This document shows, piece by piece, positions 49,752-60,707 of a DNA stretch of 64,000 nucleotides. This DNA comes from Synergistales bacterium (GTDB lineage: Bacteria; Synergistota; Synergistia; Synergistales; JAFGMB01): contig OY762654.1 of NCBI GenBank assembly GCA_963666205.1, positions 2,784,001 through 2,848,000 on the forward strand, in the 5' to 3' direction. The notes under the pieces are model-generated. The model made no database searches and was not told where the DNA came from. It saw nothing but the letters and a program-made list of their open reading frames with translations. A program made the position numbers and the translations under genes. Position 1 is the stretch's first letter, and the number at the start of each line of letters is the position of its first letter.

Positions 49752-50312
49752 ATGCCGCAAAAGGAAATGAAAGAACTTAAAGAAAAGATGCAGAAGGTAG
49801 TAGACCACCTGGCAGAGGAGTTTGTAGGAATACGGACCGGTAGAGCCCATCCTGCTCTGGTCAGCGATATAAAGGTGGAATACTACGGTGCTCCTACACC
49901 TATTAAACAGCTTGCTACAATCAATATCCCGGAAGGTAGGGCGATTGTAATTTCACCATTTGACAAGAATATCCTTAAAGCAATCGAAAAGGGTATCCTT
50001 GCTTCATCCCTGGGTGTCACACCTCAGAGTGACGGAGATGTAATCAGAATAAACCTTCCAGAGCTTACGAATGAAAGAAGAGTTGAGCTCACCAAGATCG
50101 TCCGAAAATATGCTGAAGAAGCAAAGGTTATCGTAAGGAATCTCAGAAGGGATTCTAATGACAATTATAAAAAAATGGAGAAAGATTCTGAGATAAGTGA
50201 AGATGAAATGCACAAGTACATAAAAGATGTACAGGACGTAACCGATGAATTTATCAAGAAGGTGGACCTGGTCCTGAAGAAAAAAGAAGAAGAGATAATG
50301 TCTGTTGATTGA
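49752..50312 (+). CDS. frr: ribosome recycling factor
   Basis: IRTGRA, V.YYG, LT.ERR, RN.RRD. Confidence 0.97.
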   Translation: MPQKEMKELKEKMQKVVDHLAEEFVGIRTGRAHPALVSDIKVEYYGAPTPIKQLATINIPEGRAIVISPFDKNILKAIEKGILASSLGVTPQSDGDVIRINLPELTNERRVELTKIVRKYAEEAKVIVRNLRRDSNDNYKKMEKDSEISEDEMHKYIKDVQDVTDEFIKKVDLVLKKKEEEIMSVD

Positions 50313-50334
50313 GATCTTTATTAAAAATCTATTT

Positions 50335-50367
50335 AAAGGGAGTGCATTTTTATGCACTCCCTTTTTT
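50335..50367 (+). terminator. terminator after frr
   Basis: AAAGGGAGTGCA / TGCACTCCCTTT plus T-tract. Confidence 0.8.
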
Positions 50368-50582
50368 AATCAGAAAATCGTTTTTATGTATCGATCAGAT
50401 ACCTGGAATGGATATTGATTGTTGAAATCTTTAGTTTCTCTGTAAAAATATTATTTATAAATGGATATAGCAATGAATTCTATTCCCGTTTCCACGCGAT
50501 ATGAAAAGGAGATTGGAAAAAAGGCAGATGATGTAAGAACCCTATCCGTCCAGTTGTTGGAATCTGGATCTCAGGTACAGAA

Positions 50583-51773
50583 CTATCCGATCTCTTTGAG
50601 GAATCGACTCAGCCTTTTCATACCTTCTGTGATCTCTTCTTTGGAGTTAGAATAAGAGATCCTGATATTTCCAGGTGCCAGGAATGCGTTTCCAGGTACA
50701 GCTGCTACATATTCATGGTCCAGGAGGAGACTGCAGAAAGAGCTGTCATCAGAAATCTCCAAACCTCTATATTTGAGTCCTATGGTCTTTTCAACATTGA
50801 TCCACACGTAAAAAGCGCCTCTTGGTTCCTCGAAGGAAATATATGGCATATCCTCAAGAAGGCTTAGTATGAGATCTCTTCGTTTGCTGAATTCTATTCT
50901 CATAATCTCAATATCAGGCTCAGCATGTCTTATGGCTCCCAGGGCTGCCCATTGAGCTATTGAACAGGGATTTGATGTCATATGTCCCTGGATAGCTCCC
51001 ATTTTAGAGATAATTTCATTGGGACCTATGGCATAACCGATTCTCCAGCCTGTCATGGCATAGGCCTTGCTGACGCCATTGATAATGACTGTCAGATCCC
51101 TGACCCTTGGCTCAACTGCCACGATCTCGTGATGAGATGCATCTCCGTAGACAAGCCTTTCGTATATTTCGTCGTATACAATAACAATATTATTTTCAAT
51201 CGCTATATCTGCTATGGCTTTCAATAATTTGCTGCTATATACTGATCCAGTGGGATTGTTGGGTGTATTAAGTATCATACATTTTGTTCTTGGAGTTATT
51301 GCTTTTTTAATTTCTAGAGGGTCTGGTACGAATGATGTATCCTTCGTATCAACTATAACTTCTTTCCCGCCAAAGAGCCTAATCTGTTCCACATAGCTGA
51401 CCCAGGCAGGGGCAAAGACTATTACTTCGTCACCTTCATCAAGAAGACATCCCATGGCCTCATAAAGAAGAGGTTTGGCACCGGCTCCGACAATTATTTG
51501 TTCAGGATCATATTCAAGGTCAAAATGTGTTCTGTAATAAGAAGCTATGGCTTCCTTTAATTCCGGGATTCCTGTTGCTGGTGTATAATGAGTTTTCCCA
51601 TTTTCTATCGCATCTGTTGCATATTTCAAAGCAGAAGAGGGAGATGAAAAATCAGGTTCTCCAGCGCCAAAGGAAATAACAGGTTTCCCCTCTCGTTTTA
51701 AGCTTTTTGCTTTTCCTACCACTGCGAGAGTTCCGGAAGGTAGTAAATTCTGTGCTCTTTTCGAAAGATCCAT
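50583..51773 (-). CDS. class I/II PLP aminotransferase (aspartate aminotransferase-like)
   Basis: GEPDF, PNNPTG, DEIY, SKAYAMTGWRIG. Confidence 0.92.
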   Translation of the reverse strand: MDLSKRAQNLLPSGTLAVVGKAKSLKREGKPVISFGAGEPDFSSPSSALKYATDAIENGKTHYTPATGIPELKEAIASYYRTHFDLEYDPEQIIVGAGAKPLLYEAMGCLLDEGDEVIVFAPAWVSYVEQIRLFGGKEVIVDTKDTSFVPDPLEIKKAITPRTKCMILNTPNNPTGSVYSSKLLKAIADIAIENNIVIVYDEIYERLVYGDASHHEIVAVEPRVRDLTVIINGVSKAYAMTGWRIGYAIGPNEIISKMGAIQGHMTSNPCSIAQWAALGAIRHAEPDIEIMRIEFSKRRDLILSLLEDMPYISFEEPRGAFYVWINVEKTIGLKYRGLEISDDSSFCSLLLDHEYVAAVPGNAFLAPGNIRISYSNSKEEITEGMKRLSRFLKEIG

Positions 51774-52009
51774 TTGTATATCAAACTCCTTTCTTGAGGC
51801 CTGAAAACAGGCTAAAGGTTATTATACTAAAATTATGGATATTTTTTCCCTTTACCTAACAAAAGATAATTCTAAAAGGATCACCTTTAGAGTAGCTGAA
51901 ACTGAAAAGATAAGCAGATAATTAAACCAGCAAAGTATTAAACAGGATTGCTCTAAATTATCACGGATGTTACAATAAACAAAATCGTACTTGGATTGGA
52001 GGGGTATTT

Positions 52010-52555
52010 ATGGACATACGCTTTTTAACCAGGAATGTTGAAATGAACGACGAGCTTCAGGATTACATGGAGTCCAAAATGTCCAAACTGGAGAAGTTCT
52101 TCAGTAAGATACTCAATAGCCAGGTAGTGATCTCTTTTCACCGTGGAAAGTACGGTGTTGAGGTGACTTCCAACGCCAATGGTCTGATAATGCGTGGTGA
52201 AGAGCGAGACGCTGATGTTCGCAGGGCTTTTGACAAGGCTTTGAAGAATCTGGAAAGACAGATCAAGAAACACAAAGAATATTTAAAGGATAGAGCTAAG
52301 CTTAAAACCCAGGAAGTTTCTTTTAATATCGAAGGTTTCATGAATGAAATCGAGAGCGCTTCCTCTGAAGAAGAACGGGAAATAGTCAAAACCAAGACTT
52401 TTTCTGTTCGCGCAATGACAGCTACAGAAGCGACTATGCAGATGGATCTTTTGGGACACAGTTTCTTCCTTTTCAAAAATATGGATACTGGTTCCCTCAA
52501 CGTGGTATATAAGAGGCAAAAGGGTGGTTATGGTCTTTTAGAGCCAACGGAATGA
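52010..52555 (+). CDS. hpf: ribosome hibernation promotion factor, long form
   Basis: LERQI.K.K; C-terminal QM.LLGH.FF.F.N...VVY.R..G.YGL. Confidence 0.93.
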   Translation: MDIRFLTRNVEMNDELQDYMESKMSKLEKFFSKILNSQVVISFHRGKYGVEVTSNANGLIMRGEERDADVRRAFDKALKNLERQIKKHKEYLKDRAKLKTQEVSFNIEGFMNEIESASSEEEREIVKTKTFSVRAMTATEATMQMDLLGHSFFLFKNMDTGSLNVVYKRQKGGYGLLEPTE

Positions 52556-52573
52556 TAGGTTGATGTTTATTTT

Positions 52574-52599
52574 AGGGACCCTTTCGAGGGTCCCTTTTT
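52574..52599 (+). terminator. terminator after hpf
   Basis: AGGGACCC-TTTCGA-GGGTCCCT plus T-tract. Confidence 0.8.
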
Positions 52600-52704
52600 G
52601 TTTGTCTGAATAAAGGGTGCCAAGGTTGAATTCAGAAGTACCTTGCCGTTATACTAAGCTTTTCGCCGGGGGGTAATCCTCCTGGCAGAAGATGGAGGTT
52701 AAGC

Positions 52705-53058
52705 ATGCATGAAATGTCCCTGGTAGAGTCCATAATGGATGCTATCCTTGAAATGAAAGAACAGAACGAATGGGGTGGGATCAGAAAGATTGTTCTTAGA
52801 ATAGGGGATATGAGGCAGGTTATCCCTGAAATAATGGTATTTGCTTTCAGGACTGCTTCAGTTTCAACACCTCTTGAAGGTGCCGAACTTGTTATAAAGG
52901 CGGTAAAATTACATTTCAAGTGTAATGACTGTCAAAAAGAGTGGGGAGAGGAGAATATGGCTTTTCTCTGTCCTTTTTGTGGAAGTTTTGAAGTTAAACT
53001 GATTCATGGAATGGAATTGGAAATTGAAAGTCTGGAGGTTGACGATACAAATGACTAA
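52705..53058 (+). CDS. hypA: hydrogenase maturation nickel chaperone
   Basis: MHEMS, CxxC..CPxC. Confidence 0.93.
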   Translation: MHEMSLVESIMDAILEMKEQNEWGGIRKIVLRIGDMRQVIPEIMVFAFRTASVSTPLEGAELVIKAVKLHFKCNDCQKEWGEENMAFLCPFCGSFEVKLIHGMELEIESLEVDDTND

Positions 53059-53707
53059 AAAAGTGGAAATCAAACAATCAGTTATGGCAGCTGATGAAAA
53101 GATAGCTCAAAAGATCAGGTCGGTCAGCAGGGATAAGGGTATTCTGATCATAAACCTTATTGGATCACCGGGAGCAGGTAAAACTACGGTTCTTGAGGCG
53201 ACCTGTAAAGCTGCTGATTTCAGATTTGCTGTAATCGAAGGTGATATAGCAACTACCCGAGATGCTGAGCGTATAGCTTTATTAGGGGTTCCTGCAGTTC
53301 AGATCAATACTCATGGTGGCTGTCATCTTGAAGCTAACCTTGTCGAAAGCGCTTTTAATGAGCTGGATCTTGATTCTCTCGACGTGATCTTTATAGAGAA
53401 TGTGGGTAATCTGGTATGTCCTGTTGAATTTGACCTTGGCGAAGATTATAAGGTTGCAGTCAACAGTATTCCGGAAGGTTCTGATAAACCACTCAAGTAT
53501 CCACACCTTTTCCATAAGGCTGGAGCTGTCCTTCTTACAAAACTGGACCTGCTTCCATATATCAGTTTTGATAAGGAACTTTTTGAAAGTGATGTTTTTA
53601 AACTTAACCCCAGGGTTTCTTTAATAGAGATGGTACCTGTTCAAGGGAAAGGTATCGAGGAGTGGGTAAAACTTGTTAAAGGGTGGCTTGAGGAGAAGCG
53701 TGGCTGA
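53051..53707 (+). CDS. hypB: hydrogenase nickel incorporation GTPase
   Basis: GSPGAGKTT, GCHL, ENVGNLVCP, KPLKYP. Confidence 0.93.
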   Translation: MTKKVEIKQSVMAADEKIAQKIRSVSRDKGILIINLIGSPGAGKTTVLEATCKAADFRFAVIEGDIATTRDAERIALLGVPAVQINTHGGCHLEANLVESAFNELDLDSLDVIFIENVGNLVCPVEFDLGEDYKVAVNSIPEGSDKPLKYPHLFHKAGAVLLTKLDLLPYISFDKELFESDVFKLNPRVSLIEMVPVQGKGIEEWVKLVKGWLEEKRG

Positions 53708-55683
53708 TGGTTTTAAAGGAGAACATCCTCAATACCCTTAACCCTATGCAGAAAGAAGCTGTTGAATACTGTATGGGGCCCCTTCTTGTCCTTGCAGGAG
53801 CTGGTAGCGGCAAGACAAGGGTTCTTACACACAAGATCGCTTTCCTGATAGAAGAAAAAGATGTGGATCCTGCCTCAATACTTGCTGTAACTTTTACCAA
53901 TAAGGCAGCAAATGAAATGAAAGAGAGAGTGAGCAGGCTTATCGGACCGTCTTCATCGAGAATGCAGGTTTCTACTTTTCACGCCTATGGGCTTAATTTT
54001 CTGTTTCGTAACAGAGATCATCTTGAAAAATTCGGTTTAAAGAAACACCTTGTTATTTTCGACAGAAATGACAGTAGATCCCTGGTAAAAACTATTCTCG
54101 ATGAATTGAATCTGGATCCGAAACAAATAGAACCATCCTGGGTTCTTGACCAGATCTCTAAAGCAAAGACCGGTTCTGACCCCGTAACTCTTGTCCCGAG
54201 GAATCTCGAAGGTGTAATGATCCAGATCTTTGAAAAATATCAGAAGTCGCTCATGGCGCAGAGTGCCATTGACTTTGATGATCTTCTCCTTTTGCCGCTT
54301 CATCTTCTGTCTACAGAAAAAACTCTCCTGGAGAATGAAAGACGCAGGATCGAATGGATTCTTGTTGATGAGTACCAGGATGTGAACCAGATTCAATACC
54401 AGCTTCTGCGCAAGCTTATTGGGAAGGGTAAAAATATCATGGTAGTCGGAGATCCTGACCAGTCGATCTATGGCTGGAGAGGTGCTGATATGTCTATGAT
54501 ACTGAACTTTGAGCATGATTTTCCCAACGCCAATGTTGTAATTCTGGCGCAGAATTACAGATCTACCGGGAATATTCTCAATGCATCAAATGCACTTATT
54601 ATGAGTAATGCAAATCGCAAGAAGAAGGATCTCTGGACAACAAATAATATGGGAGACAAGGTTTATCATCTTCTTGCTGGAAATGAGAGGGAGGAGGCCT
54701 TTTTCCTGGCCTCAGAGATAAAAAAACTGGTAATGCAGGGTCACAGGTACCAGGATATTGCTGTTCTTTACAGGATAAATGCAATGAGCCGCCTGTACGA
54801 AGAAGTTTTTATCAGAATGAATATTCCGTACAGAATCGTAAGAGGTACTGCTTTCTATGAAAGAAAGGAGGTAAAGGATGTCCTTTCTTTCATGAGATTG
54901 GCGGTGAACCCAATGGACCGTCCTTCCATGTTCCGCGTGGGGAATCTTCCTTCAAGGGGCATTGGGAAAAAAAGCCTTGAAAAACTTTCTTCCTTTGTCT
55001 CAGAGTTTCAGGATCAGGAAGCTTCAGAAATCTGGCAGAGGCTTGTTCAAAGTCAGGGAGATCTGAGGGGAAAGGCCGGTTTGGGAGTTAGTGAATTAGC
55101 CGGGCATATGCTAAGGATACTTGAACTTTCAGAAGATCCATCTTCAATGCTGTATTATATTCTTGATAATATAGGTTACGAAGAAATCCTTCGTAAGGAT
55201 GCTCCTGATAACTGGCAGGACAAGGTGGATAATGTCAGAGAACTGTTATCCCTGGTACCACCTGGAGGAAATCTCACCGAGATCCTTGCGCAGGTAGCAC
55301 TTTTTACTGATCTGGAAATGGGAGGAGACGAAGATCAAGCGTGTGTAAATCTTCTGACCCTTCACGCGGCCAAGGGTCTTGAATTTCCTGTGGTCTTCCT
55401 TGTAGGATTGGAAGAGGCCATCTTCCCTCATTTCCGGTGTCTTGAAAGCCGTGATGATCTGGAAGAGGAACGTAGACTCTGCTATGTCGGAATGACAAGA
55501 GCCGAAGAAAAACTATATATGGCTGGAGCAAGGAGCAGGAGATTATTCGGTACGGTCTACCGCAATGGTTTTTCCCGCTTTTTCTGGGAGATCCCTGATA
55601 AATACAAAGTCATTGATGACAGGGGCAAGGAGGAAAAAGTCGATGCTGGTCTTGGGGGTAACTGGAGACGTAGGAGCTGGTAA
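53707..55683 (+). CDS. pcrA: UvrD/PcrA SF1 DNA helicase
   Basis: AGAGSGKT, DEYQD, GD.DQSIY.WRGA, H.AKGLEF, EERRL.YV..TRA. Confidence 0.92.
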   Translation: MVLKENILNTLNPMQKEAVEYCMGPLLVLAGAGSGKTRVLTHKIAFLIEEKDVDPASILAVTFTNKAANEMKERVSRLIGPSSSRMQVSTFHAYGLNFLFRNRDHLEKFGLKKHLVIFDRNDSRSLVKTILDELNLDPKQIEPSWVLDQISKAKTGSDPVTLVPRNLEGVMIQIFEKYQKSLMAQSAIDFDDLLLLPLHLLSTEKTLLENERRRIEWILVDEYQDVNQIQYQLLRKLIGKGKNIMVVGDPDQSIYGWRGADMSMILNFEHDFPNANVVILAQNYRSTGNILNASNALIMSNANRKKKDLWTTNNMGDKVYHLLAGNEREEAFFLASEIKKLVMQGHRYQDIAVLYRINAMSRLYEEVFIRMNIPYRIVRGTAFYERKEVKDVLSFMRLAVNPMDRPSMFRVGNLPSRGIGKKSLEKLSSFVSEFQDQEASEIWQRLVQSQGDLRGKAGLGVSELAGHMLRILELSEDPSSMLYYILDNIGYEEILRKDAPDNWQDKVDNVRELLSLVPPGGNLTEILAQVALFTDLEMGGDEDQACVNLLTLHAAKGLEFPVVFLVGLEEAIFPHFRCLESRDDLEEERRLCYVGMTRAEEKLYMAGARSRRLFGTVYRNGFSRFFWEIPDKYKVIDDRGKEEKVDAGLGGNWRRRSW

Positions 55684-56533
55684 GTCTACTGTAACGAAAA
55701 TCTTTGCTGAATATGGAGCCTCTACAATAAATGCAGACCATATAGCCCATGAAATGTGGAAAAAGAAAGAGGTCCTTGCACAGGCAGCCGGAAGATGGGG
55801 AGAAGATATTATCCTTCCAGATGGCCGGATCAATCCCAGCCGGGTTGCTTCTATCGTTTTTTCTGATCGAAATGAATATGACTGGCTTTGCAATGTTTTA
55901 CATCCCCTTATACGTTCAGAAATGGAAAGAAGAGTCCTTTCCCTCGGAGGTTTTGTTGTTGCCGAGATCCCCCTCCTTTTTGAAAATGGGGTTCCCTGGT
56001 GGATAGATATAACAATGTATATTTCATCATCCTTTATAGAACGGGGAAAAAGGAATCTATCCCGTGGCTGGGGAGAAGATGAGATATTGAGAAGAGAAAG
56101 CTTCCTTCTTGATAGGAATGAAAAGATTTCCATGGCTGATATTGTTATAAGGAATGAAGGGCCTCTGGTATCCCTGAAGGAAAATATGTTATCGCTTTCT
56201 TCTAAGATGAAGAATTTTGCCTTCCTTTCGGAAATAACGATTATACTTCCTTCGCAACATGAGGCGATGATCCTGTCTTCATGTCTACTTTCAAGAAAAC
56301 TTGCATTAAATGTTGAATTATATCCTGTTTCGACCGTCTCTGTGTCGAACCAGGAACAGCGTGAGAATAAGCATTGGAAACTCGTTCTTCTGGCTTTTCA
56401 GAAGAACTTTAATCAGATACTTCAGACAACAACGGATTCTGGAGTGCCATCTGTAATAGCGCCTTTCCTGAAAGACGTAAAACGGCCCGGGAGTATATGG
56501 AAAAACTATATTCCAGAGGAAATAAGGGTATGA
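55643..56533 (+). CDS. coaE: dephospho-CoA kinase with C-terminal CutA-like extension
   Basis: GVTG..GAGKST, AD..AH, HP.IR, EIPLLFE; extra ~95 aa. Confidence 0.85.
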   Translation: MLVLGVTGDVGAGKSTVTKIFAEYGASTINADHIAHEMWKKKEVLAQAAGRWGEDIILPDGRINPSRVASIVFSDRNEYDWLCNVLHPLIRSEMERRVLSLGGFVVAEIPLLFENGVPWWIDITMYISSSFIERGKRNLSRGWGEDEILRRESFLLDRNEKISMADIVIRNEGPLVSLKENMLSLSSKMKNFAFLSEITIILPSQHEAMILSSCLLSRKLALNVELYPVSTVSVSNQEQRENKHWKLVLLAFQKNFNQILQTTTDSGVPSVIAPFLKDVKRPGSIWKNYIPEEIRV

Positions 56534-59151
56534 AACTGATAACCAGTCACATCGGCAGTGATTTTGATTCACTTGCCAGCATGGTTGCTGCTTCCAAGCT
56601 TTACGAAGGAGCCGTCATGTGCTTTTCGGGTTCAGCCAGTCGTAATGTCAGGGAATTTGTGAAACGGTATCAGACAAGATGGAAGATCCTTACTCCCAGG
56701 AAAATCGATCTGGACGAAGTAACGAGCCTTATTGTTGTGGATACCAGATCCAGATCCAGAATAGGTAGTTTTACAACCCTTTTGGGAAGGCATGATATTG
56801 AAGTCCATGTGTATGATCACCACCCTTCCTCTTCTGATGATATAGCTGCTGATTACATGGTTATTGAATCCGTCGGTGCCACTACAACACTGCTGGTTGA
56901 AATTATCCTTGAAAAGGGGATACCAGTGTCATCTCATGAAGCAACTCTTTTTGCAATGGGAATTTACGAAGATACTGGCGGTCTGACTTTCGGAGCTACC
57001 TGCAGCAGAGATTTTGAAATGCTTTCAAGAATGAAAGAACTTGGAGCCGATCTTACCATGATCCCGTCACATGTGGAGATGTCCCTCAATGCATCAGAAA
57101 GAAGGATCCTCGATCTTCTTATTGAAAATGCCTGGCAGCGATATATAAATGGGGCCAGGGTAGTCCTTTCATATACAGCCTCATCGACATATATTGAAGG
57201 GCTCTCACTATTTGTGCATCGAATGAGAGATTATTTCGATGCTGATGTTGCAGTAGCTTCTGTCAAAATGGACAACAGAATTTATGTTGTTGCAAGAAGC
57301 CGTGAAGAAGTGCTTGATGTCGCTGCCTTTCTCGCCCCTCTTGGCGGAGGAGGTCACCCTCAGGCTGCTTCTGCAACACTGACTAACCGAAGGCCTGTCT
57401 CCATCCTGAAAGAACTTGAAAAAGAACTTGAAAAGCAGATAAAACCATCTATCACTGTGGCAGATGTTATGACTTCTCCTGTAATGGCAGTTGATCCCCG
57501 GACTTCAATAGATGATGCTTATCGTGCTATGATACGGTACGGTCATTCTGCGCTGCCCGTTATCCTGGAAGGTGATCCTGTAGGTATAATCACGAGAAAA
57601 GATCTGGATAAGGCCCGGTTGCATGGTTTTGGTCTTGCTTTTGTGGAAGAATTCATGACAGAGGGTATAATTACTATCCCTGTAAAGGCTTCGATTGCTG
57701 AAGCTCACCATATCCTTGTTGTTCACAACATAGGACGGATCCCTGTAATGGAAGGAAAGAACATTGTGGGGATTGTTACCAGGACTGATCTTTTAAGGGC
57801 TCTGTATCCTGCTTCACTGCCACCGGAGGACAGGCTTCTGACCAAGGAATTACCCTGGATGGAAGATCTTGGTGAGTACATGCATAAGATCCTTCCTTCA
57901 TGGTTGGAAATACTTCTTTACAAGCTGGGTTCCCGGGCTGCTGAGTTGGGTATGAACGCATATGTGGTTGGGGGTTTTGTCAGAGACCTGATCCTCAAGC
58001 GTCCTAATCTGGATCTCGATGTTGTTATCGAAGGAGATGCCATCAGTTTTATAAAATCCTGGGAGAAGGATGCCTGTCATGTCGCTATTCATTCCAAGTA
58101 TAAAACTGGAACCATAGTATTCCCGGATGGGAAAAAGGTTGATATTGCCACGGCAAGAAGAGAGTTTTATGAATACCCTGTGGCGCAGCCACAGGTCTCG
58201 AGTGATTCTCTCAAGCACGATCTTTACCGAAGAGATTTTACTATTAATGCCATGGCTATATCTATAAACTCGTCCAACTGGGGCCAGCTTATTGATTATT
58301 TCGGTGGCCGTAGAGACCTCCAGCGCAAGACGCTTAAAGTCCTTCACAATCTGAGTTTTGTCGAGGACCCTACCCGTATTATCCGAGGTATTCGCCTTGA
58401 ACAGAGATTAGGCTTTACACTTGAAGATAATTCATTGAGATTACTCAACAGCTGCGTAAAGGGGGGGTTGCTTTCTCTACTTTCCGGGTTCAGATTAAGA
58501 AGTGAACTGGAACTGAGTTTTATGGAAAAAAGACCCCATACTTTTCTTTATAGAATGGAGGATCTGGGTGTCTGGGAAATCCTTTTTCCAGGAATAAAGA
58601 TCGGGAAAATATCTTTACGGGTATTCAGAAGACTTTCTGCTTTTCTAAAAAGGATCTCTAAAGATCTTCCTTTCTTTGACGGAAAAGAATGGCTCGCATT
58701 TTTATGTGCTATGGTAATGGAATCAACAGATATTGTGCAATTTTCTGTGGAGGATAGATTGCATCTGTCTCCAGGAGAACGAAGGATCGTTAACAGTGCC
58801 CTTTCGGGTCTTGGGGCAGCAGAGCAGGAACTTGGTTACAGAACACCTGTTGCAAATTCCCTGATTTATATGTATTTATGGGAGTACGACTTTATTACAT
58901 GCCTTTTCTGGGCTGCTGTTACTAACAGATCCCGTGTCAGAAGAAGGATCATTCTTTATCTTACGCGACTTCACAGAGTAGAACCTATGCTAACTGGACG
59001 GGATCTCCTGGACCTGGGATTCAGGGAAGGTCCACTTATCGGAGATATTATTTTTGATCTGAAACTTGCTCGCCTGGATGGTGAATTGGAAACAAGGGAA
59101 GAAGAAATGGATTGGATCCGTAATAAATATATTGAAACCAAAGGAGAGTGA
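56530..59151 (+). CDS. tRNA nucleotidyltransferase (CCA/A-adding) with DHH, DHHA1 and CBS domains
   Basis: DFDS, DHH, GGGH, two CBS, VGGFVRD..L....DLD, RRDFTINA, EDPTR. Confidence 0.9.
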   Translation: MKLITSHIGSDFDSLASMVAASKLYEGAVMCFSGSASRNVREFVKRYQTRWKILTPRKIDLDEVTSLIVVDTRSRSRIGSFTTLLGRHDIEVHVYDHHPSSSDDIAADYMVIESVGATTTLLVEIILEKGIPVSSHEATLFAMGIYEDTGGLTFGATCSRDFEMLSRMKELGADLTMIPSHVEMSLNASERRILDLLIENAWQRYINGARVVLSYTASSTYIEGLSLFVHRMRDYFDADVAVASVKMDNRIYVVARSREEVLDVAAFLAPLGGGGHPQAASATLTNRRPVSILKELEKELEKQIKPSITVADVMTSPVMAVDPRTSIDDAYRAMIRYGHSALPVILEGDPVGIITRKDLDKARLHGFGLAFVEEFMTEGIITIPVKASIAEAHHILVVHNIGRIPVMEGKNIVGIVTRTDLLRALYPASLPPEDRLLTKELPWMEDLGEYMHKILPSWLEILLYKLGSRAAELGMNAYVVGGFVRDLILKRPNLDLDVVIEGDAISFIKSWEKDACHVAIHSKYKTGTIVFPDGKKVDIATARREFYEYPVAQPQVSSDSLKHDLYRRDFTINAMAISINSSNWGQLIDYFGGRRDLQRKTLKVLHNLSFVEDPTRIIRGIRLEQRLGFTLEDNSLRLLNSCVKGGLLSLLSGFRLRSELELSFMEKRPHTFLYRMEDLGVWEILFPGIKIGKISLRVFRRLSAFLKRISKDLPFFDGKEWLAFLCAMVMESTDIVQFSVEDRLHLSPGERRIVNSALSGLGAAEQELGYRTPVANSLIYMYLWEYDFITCLFWAAVTNRSRVRRRIILYLTRLHRVEPMLTGRDLLDLGFREGPLIGDIIFDLKLARLDGELETREEEMDWIRNKYIETKGE

Positions 59152-59783
59152 GGGTATTGTTAGGATTCCCTTCTTTACCGATATTACTTTTAAGTATTCC
59201 TGCTGTTTTATGGGCAATAACCTTTCATGAATTCTGTCACGGATATGCGTCTTATAAACTTGGTGATCCAACAGCCTACATAAGGGGTCGATTGACTCTG
59301 AACCCATTAGCACATCTGGATCCCATAGGTGCATTGATGCTCCTGCTGTTCCGTTTCGGCTGGGCAAAGCCAGTTCCTGTAGATCCTCGATATTACAAGA
59401 ACCCCAAGAGGGATATCTTTATAGTATCCATAGCAGGTGTAACGGGGAACATAATTACTGCAATTCTGGTAGGTCTCATGGTTCGATTTCTCCCTGTTGC
59501 TGTTTTGAAAAACTTCGCTGTTTTCATGTTCATTCAGATGATGGTACTGATAAACATAGGACTGGCAGTTTTTAATCTTGTTCCTATTCCGCCTCTGGAT
59601 GGTTCCAAGCTGATTTATCCCCTGCTTCCCAGATCACTGCTCCAGAAATATTTCTGGCTTGAACGATACGGAATGTTTGTATTAATGGCACTCCTTTTTC
59701 TTGGTGTCCTTCAAAGAATAATGACGCCTATAGTAGGGCTTGTTTATCACATTATCCTCCCGAGCTATATGTGGCTCTTTTAA
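59148..59783 (+). CDS. site-2 protease (M50) family
   Basis: HEFCH, GRLTLNP, FNL.PIPPLDG. Confidence 0.92.
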   Translation: MRVLLGFPSLPILLLSIPAVLWAITFHEFCHGYASYKLGDPTAYIRGRLTLNPLAHLDPIGALMLLLFRFGWAKPVPVDPRYYKNPKRDIFIVSIAGVTGNIITAILVGLMVRFLPVAVLKNFAVFMFIQMMVLINIGLAVFNLVPIPPLDGSKLIYPLLPRSLLQKYFWLERYGMFVLMALLFLGVLQRIMTPIVGLVYHIILPSYMWLF

Positions 59784-59798
59784 CTGGAGGATTTCATA

Positions 59799-60581
59799 AT
59801 GAAAATATTGCTGACGAATGATGATGGGGTATTTGCTCCAGGTATTTCCGTTATGGCCAATTTCCTGAATAAAAAGAATTACAATTCCTTTGTAGTGGCT
59901 CCAAACAGGGAAAGAAGCAGTGTGGGACATGCTATCACCCTCCACAGGCCACTAAGACTCTGGCGGGTTGAAAATGGCCCATATCCGGTTGGCTATCAGA
60001 CCTATGCATGTGACGGTACTCCTTCTGATTCGGTTGTTCTTGCGGTAGAAGAACTGGAACCAGAGACTTCCCTTGTCGTTTCAGGAATAAACAGAGGACC
60101 CAATGTCGCTGATGATCTTACCTATTCCGGCACGGTCTCAGCAGCAATGGAAGGTGTTATCCTCGGGTGTCCGGCTATAGCTGTTTCTCTGAATTCCAGC
60201 AGAGATGATGATGATGAAAATTATGAAACAGCAGCACACATTGTCTGCAAGGTCATTGAATGGATAAATGAAAACCCCCTTCCAAAGGGTGTACTTCTGA
60301 ATATCAATGTACCCAATGTTCCTTTATCACTCATTAAGGGTGTAAGGGTAACAAGGAAGGGAGTCCGGATATACGAAGGGAAAGTTACAAAACTGAACGA
60401 TCCCCACGGTAGAGTATATTTCTGGATTTCAGGCCGCCCCGAGGATCAGCTTGTAGAAGGATGTGATGTGTGGGCTCTGGCAAGGGGATATGTATCAATA
60501 ACACCCATACATATGGATATGACCTGTTATGAATGTCTGGAGGAAGTCAGAAATGGAGGATTGGAAACAATACTTTCATAA
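59799..60581 (+). CDS. surE: 5'/3'-nucleotidase SurE
   Basis: ILLTNDDG, GTP.D, SGIN.G.N, YSGTV.AA.E. Confidence 0.95.
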   Translation: MKILLTNDDGVFAPGISVMANFLNKKNYNSFVVAPNRERSSVGHAITLHRPLRLWRVENGPYPVGYQTYACDGTPSDSVVLAVEELEPETSLVVSGINRGPNVADDLTYSGTVSAAMEGVILGCPAIAVSLNSSRDDDDENYETAAHIVCKVIEWINENPLPKGVLLNINVPNVPLSLIKGVRVTRKGVRIYEGKVTKLNDPHGRVYFWISGRPEDQLVEGCDVWALARGYVSITPIHMDMTCYECLEEVRNGGLETILS

Positions 60582-60596
60582 AAATCCTGCAGTATA

Positions 60597-60624
60597 TTGA
60601 CATCGGTTTAAAAAAGGATATAAT
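60597..60624 (+). promoter_or_regulatory. sigma70-type promoter of argGH leader
   Basis: TTGACA-16 bp-TATAAT. Confidence 0.7.
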
Positions 60625-60707
60625 ACGTAACCATAGTTCACTTGATAGTCAGCCGAACTATGGTTTTTTATTGTAAGATGGCGGTATAAAAGAAAAACAA
60701 TAATGAA

